A stretch of DNA of 64,000 nucleotides, taken from NCBI GenBank assembly GCA_963836205.1, contig CAWIIV010000020.1:32001-96000 (forward strand), given 5' to 3'. Every line of letters starts with the position of its first letter. Positions within the stretch are counted from its first letter, which is position 1. A program made the position numbers and the translations under genes. Positions 62,878-64,000 of the stretch are shown here, piece by piece. The notes below the pieces were generated by a model that was given only the letters and a program-made list of their open reading frames with translations, ran no database searches and was not told the origin of the DNA. Source of the DNA: an uncultured Acidimicrobiia bacterium (GTDB lineage Bacteria; Actinomycetota; Acidimicrobiia; Acidimicrobiales; AC-14).

Positions 62878-64000
62878 GTCGCACCTCCAGTTGTCCGAGT
62901 CCGACCCGTGCGTCGAGGAGCAGCCGGCCGGCGCCTTCTTGTCCGGCGACCACGATCCGCTCGTCGACGCCGACGCCGGCCCAGTCCCGTCCGAACACGA
63001 CCATGTCGCCCGCCCCGACGTGGGCGTCGACCTCGACCGCCGCTCCGGCGGGCACGGTCACGATGATGTTGCCGGTGGCCATGCTGACCACGACCGGGAC
63101 GGTCCGGCCGGCCAGGTCGACCCGGCGTAGGTCGAGGCGCAACTCGCCCGCCACCAGGCGGTAGGGGGAATGGATCTCGGCCACCGAGGCGGGCGTGTAC
63201 AGCCGCTCCCCCGCCCCGCCCTTGAAGGGGACGTCGAGCAGCGACGCCACGAACAGGGCACCGGCCAGCACGATGGCGACCGGGATGAGCCCTCGCGCCC
63301 GGCCCCGCCAGGCGCCGACGACCATGGCCCCCGAGACCAGGAACAAGGCCAGGGCCAGGCCAACCACCAGGTCGGCCCCGGCCAGGGCGACCACCCCAGC
63401 GAGAATGGCCAGCAGGCTGAGCGTCACCGACACCAGCGCCGACCGCGGCTTGGGCGGTTTGGGTGGCTTGGGCGGCGCCGGCGCCCGACGGCTGTACACC
63501 GGCGGGGCCGGCGGCGGCGGCGGCAACGGCGCAGTGCTCACGGTGTCCGCCCACGCCGACGACCCCACCGGCGGCGGCGGCAACGGCGCAGTGCTCACGG
63601 TGTCCGCCCACGCCGACGACCCCGCCGGCGGCGGGGTCGTCAGGTCGGTCGTCGAGTCGGTCGTGGCGTCGGCCTCGCCCACCACGTGGGCCTGCGCCGT
63701 GGGTGCGGCGGACACCGTCGAGGCGGGCGGGGGCGTCGGGGGAATCGTCTGCCCCCCTCGGCGAGACCAGAGCACGGCCGCGCCCAGCCCGATGAGCACC
63801 AGGCCGAGGGGTATGTCGTCCCCGTGGCCGTCGGTGATGCGGTCGAGGAGGAGAAGCACGCCGACCCCGGCCAGGCCGGCAGCCAGGAGCTTGTGGCTGC
63901 GGTCCTTCCCCGGCAGCCATTGCGCCCCGAACGTCTTGCCCTGGTCGTCGGGCACGAGGGCCCAGCCGATCAGGTAGAGGAGGATCCCCGTCCCCCCGGC
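62864..64000 (-). CDS. PspC/LiaF-like envelope-stress membrane protein, 5' end outside window
   Basis: GILLYLIGWALVP at the edge (PspC-like), TMs, C-terminal GELRLDL..GDMVVFG; 54-bp duplication at about 63518-63630. Confidence 0.75.
   Translation of the reverse strand, partial: AGGTGILLYLIGWALVPDDQGKTFGAQWLPGKDRSHKLLAAGLAGVGVLLLLDRITDGHGDDIPLGLVLIGLGAAVLWSRRGGQTIPPTPPPASTVSAAPTAQAHVVGEADATTDSTTDLTTPPPAGSSAWADTVSTAPLPPPPVGSSAWADTVSTAPLPPPPPAPPVYSRRAPAPPKPPKPPKPRSALVSVTLSLLAILAGVVALAGADLVVGLALALFLVSGAMVVGAWRGRARGLIPVAIVLAGALFVASLLDVPFKGGAGERLYTPASVAEIHSPYRLVAGELRLDLRRVDLAGRTVPVVVSMATGNIIVTVPAGAAVEVDAHVGAGDMVVFGRDWAGVGVDERIVVAGQEGAGRLLLDARVGLGQLEVRRAAA

Overview
Very GC-rich bacterial chromosome segment. 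The gene content (DUF222-HNH genes, Rv2578c-like radical SAM, actinobacterial-type LexA boxes, GDWDG-repeat secreted protein) points to an actinobacterium, possibly Acidimicrobiia (inference). Many otherwise intact genes carry single-base frameshifts, most likely long-read assembly errors. Left to right: partial secreted protein; RHH + SPFH pair; a carotenoid/lipid cluster (crtE, Rieske-chagasin-like fusion, crtI, crtB); tldD/tldE; uppP; an SOS-boxed DUF222-HNH gene; an ISL3 element with an 8-bp target duplication inside a DHFR/RibD-family gene; an armless HU-like histone-like protein; a PBP; a complete archaeal-style nurA-herA-mre11-rad50 operon next to a TfoX-N gene and a GGCT-HEPN-like fusion; a remnant of an unclassified mobile element; a ~15 kb Pfa-like iterative PKS/glycolipid cluster; katE; a second SOS-boxed DUF222-HNH gene divergent from a radical SAM gene; and a PspC/LiaF-like gene. 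A family of ~50-bp hairpin repeats is dispersed in the repair operon and the PKS. No rRNA, tRNA or CRISPR array was seen. All family calls come from motif recognition by eye, not database searches.
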